Shown here: piece after piece, positions 61,965 to 64,000 of the stretch
Numbering within the stretch: position 1 is the first letter of the stretch
Layout of the letters: every line of letters begins with the position of its first letter
Source of the DNA: Candidatus Poseidoniales archaeon
GTDB lineage: Archaea; Thermoplasmatota; Poseidoniia; Poseidoniales; Thalassarchaeaceae
Length of the DNA stretch: 64,000 nt
Reading direction: 5' to 3'
Assembly: GCA_012959435.1 (NCBI GenBank)
Contig: DUDF01000116.1
Span: 5,366 to 69,365, forward strand
Made by a program: the position numbers and the translations under genes
Notes under the pieces: model-generated
Told to the model about the DNA's origin: nothing
Seen by the model: the letters and a program-made list of their open reading frames with translations, nothing else
Databases searched by the model: none

Positions 61965-63233
61965 CTACAACGCTCTAAAACCGATGTCCGAACGATAGTG
62001 AGAACCTTCCAAAATGATGCCATCCATCAATGAATATGCAAGATTTCGTGCTTCGTCCAAGTTTGGACCGATGCCAGTGCAAGCAAGAACTCGGCCACCA
62101 CTTGAGACCAATTCACCCCCACTTTCATGCTTTGTACCCGCATGATGGATGAACGCGCCGCCGTCCCCGTTTGCAATCAGCGCAACTTCAATGGAAATTG
62201 GCAATCCTTTGCGTGGAGAATCAGGGTATCCTTCCGCCGCTAGAACCACTGTCAAAGCCGATGCATCGGTAAATTCAGGAGAGTGGGAACCTACGGTTCC
62301 AGATGCAACAGAAAACAGCAATTCGTAAAGGTCACTAGAAATCAAAGGTATCGTCACCTGAGTTTCAGGATCACCAAACCGCACATTATACTCGACAACA
62401 TAGGGGTCACCTAACTCATCAATCATTAGCCCGACATAGAGGCAACCACGGTAAAGAGAATCTTGAGACCTTAGCCATTCATGCATCGGCTCAACAATTC
62501 TTGAGTAAACCTTCTCACGCACCTCATCTGTAACCACAGGTGCTGGAGCGTATGCACCCATCCCCCCGGTGTTTGGACCTGTATCACCCTCTCCAACTCG
62601 TTTATGGTCCTGACTTGCGGGCAAGGCAACCCATCCACTTTCATCAAGCATGATGAGCATACTTGCTTCCTCACCACTGAGAAATTCTTCTAGTAGCACA
62701 AATCCATCTGCTTGCAAACCGTCAGACAACGCCTGACTTGCTTCTTGCCGGTCTGATGTTACGACTACACCTTTCCCCCCGGCAAGAACATCACGCTTGA
62801 CTACCCAAGGAGGTGCGAAGTCATCAAGTGCAGAGTCAATTTGTGAGGGAGAATTGATGTTGTGAATCCCTGCAGTAGGGATACCGAGATTTTGCATTGT
62901 CTGTTTTGCGTACAACTTACTCCCTTCAAGTTTAGCACCCTCAGTGTGAGGACCAAAACAGGGAATTCCTGCGGCAGTTAATTTGTCGGCCAAACCATCC
63001 ACTAAAGGGCCTTCTGGGCCAACTACAACAAGGTCGCAGCCTAACGATTGAGCCAATCCTACTAAGGATTCAACATCACCCGCTGAAAACGGATGATTAG
63101 TTGCTACTAGGGAAGTTCCAGCATTGCCAGGGGCAACGTGAACCTCACCTACAGAAGGCGATGCAACGAGGCCCATAGTCAACGCATGCTCGCGCCCGCC
63201 GCCGCCAACTACCAGAACGGTCGCCTCCGCCAT
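61965..63233 (-). CDS. purD: Phosphoribosylamine--glycine ligase
   Basis: MAEATVLVVGGGGREHAL N-terminus, ATP-grasp core (VVKRDVLAGGKGVVV, EEFLSGEEAS) and C-terminal GGRVLACTG. I chose ATG 63233; the track start at 63236 is TTG. Confidence 0.92.
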   Translation of the reverse strand: MAEATVLVVGGGGREHALTMGLVASPSVGEVHVAPGNAGTSLVATNHPFSAGDVESLVGLAQSLGCDLVVVGPEGPLVDGLADKLTAAGIPCFGPHTEGAKLEGSKLYAKQTMQNLGIPTAGIHNINSPSQIDSALDDFAPPWVVKRDVLAGGKGVVVTSDRQEASQALSDGLQADGFVLLEEFLSGEEASMLIMLDESGWVALPASQDHKRVGEGDTGPNTGGMGAYAPAPVVTDEVREKVYSRIVEPMHEWLRSQDSLYRGCLYVGLMIDELGDPYVVEYNVRFGDPETQVTIPLISSDLYELLFSVASGTVGSHSPEFTDASALTVVLAAEGYPDSPRKGLPISIEVALIANGDGGAFIHHAGTKHESGGELVSSGGRVLACTGIGPNLDEARNLAYSLMDGIILEGSHYRSDIGFRAL

Positions 63234-63318
63234 CAATCACATTGGTAGCAAAGGGGGGCGATAAGCAATACCACCGAGTTGACAAAGTAAAAAAGGGAAT
63301 AAACTCTGTTCTTTAACT

Positions 63319-63969
63319 TCAATATGGTACAGATTTCAACCCTAGTTTGTAGCCCATCACATTGAATGAACGATGAATAATTGGAGTCAATATGAGAAGA
63401 ATAACCATCCCCTTGACGAGAACTGTATCACCTGCAATCGCAGGAGAGAGAAAAAGAAGTCCAAAAATGAAAGTGAAAATTGCGAAAGGAAGTGTGTCCA
63501 GTAACGGCGCCTTACTACTCACCTCGCCTTCTCTCTTCAATCCACGGCGGCGCTTGATAAATGAGCCAACTGAGTCACCAATCATGCAACCAAGTCCTAA
63601 AATAAAGCCCATGATGAATGAGGCACCCCATTCACCGCCTATCCAAAACCAACTATTTTGGATATCTTCTGAACTGCTTGTGTAGGCACCCAAGGGGTCT
63701 AAAAATGGACCTGAATTATACATTCCGTTGCCTGCTGCTAACGCATGCGTTAGCATACAAATTAATCCGCCTCCAATACAGCCCCCAAGAAGACCATTCC
63801 ATGTTTTCCCATCGCCTAAGAGGCGATTTCCATCAGAATGAATTTTCCCACCATCAATCGGATAGACAGTGATCCCTGTTCTATCAGGAATCCACTTCCC
63901 ACCCAACATCGCAGTTGTGTTGGATAGATACCCTGGCAAATAGAGCCATAGAACGAGAAGAGGAGCCAC
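63319..63969 (-). CDS. carS: CDP-archaeol synthase
   Basis: The motifs LLGDGKTWNGLLGG, GDSVGSFIKRRRG and C-terminal TPIIHRSFNVMGYKLGLKSVPY match the CarS (DUF46) family as I recall the A. fulgidus enzyme. GTG start. Confidence 0.85.
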   Translation of the reverse strand: MAPLLVLWLYLPGYLSNTTAMLGGKWIPDRTGITVYPIDGGKIHSDGNRLLGDGKTWNGLLGGCIGGGLICMLTHALAAGNGMYNSGPFLDPLGAYTSSSEDIQNSWFWIGGEWGASFIMGFILGLGCMIGDSVGSFIKRRRGLKREGEVSSKAPLLDTLPFAIFTFIFGLLFLSPAIAGDTVLVKGMVILLILTPIIHRSFNVMGYKLGLKSVPY

Positions 63970-64000
63970 GATGATTGGGTCCCATGGTAAAGTGCCTGCT

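Noticed and set aside
1-64000. A search by eye of all spacers longer than ~60 nt for tRNA, rRNA, CRISPR repeats, transposase or integrase genes, and island boundaries
   Set aside because: Nothing found. The spacers (e.g. 13360..13602, 32816..33003, 38737..39029, 39831..40032, 50696..50879) lack cloverleaf-like GC-rich segments and regularly spaced direct repeats. No recombinase-like ORF exists. The surface-protein genes therefore look chromosomal rather than part of a recognisable mobile element.

Overview
This is a densely coding archaeal chromosome segment. I found no rRNA, tRNA, CRISPR array, transposase or integrase. Archaeal origin is supported by type II GAPDH, archaeal PheT and GluRS, ArcS with its PCX3KPYX2SX2H motif, ribosomal protein uS15 (S15P/S13e type), an AglB/STT3 oligosaccharyltransferase, CDP-archaeol synthase and class III (type IV pilin-like) signal peptides. 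A planktonic euryarchaeon such as Marine Group II is only my guess. Housekeeping genes (gap, pheT, rnhB, gltX, rps15, arcS, dnaJ, purD, carS) are interleaved with a very large load of exported proteins. By my tally of coordinates, about 39 of 64 kb encode signal-peptide or TM-anchored surface proteins, including four giant genes of 1857, 1910, 1453 and about 3200 codons. There are two main candidates for something new. (1) At 39-62 kb, an operon of three class III signal-peptide (pilin-like) proteins has no assembly ATPase in view. It converges on a minus-strand string encoding a giant AglB fused to a ~1800-residue beta-sandwich stalk, a membrane-tethered S8 protease, a 1453-aa beta-helix adhesin and a wHTH-STAND-TPR regulator. 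(2) At 27-39 kb, two tandem giant genes pair a secreted protein rich in thrombospondin-type-3 and EF-hand-like calcium sites with an anchored giant protein. The anchored protein has a 205-aa cytoplasmic tail carrying polyproline tracts and a canonical EF-hand. Several ORF-track starts are TTG or GTG extensions and were trimmed. One long ORF (1..2116, minus strand) is missing from the track because it runs off the window. All domain calls come from motif recognition by eye; no searches were run.
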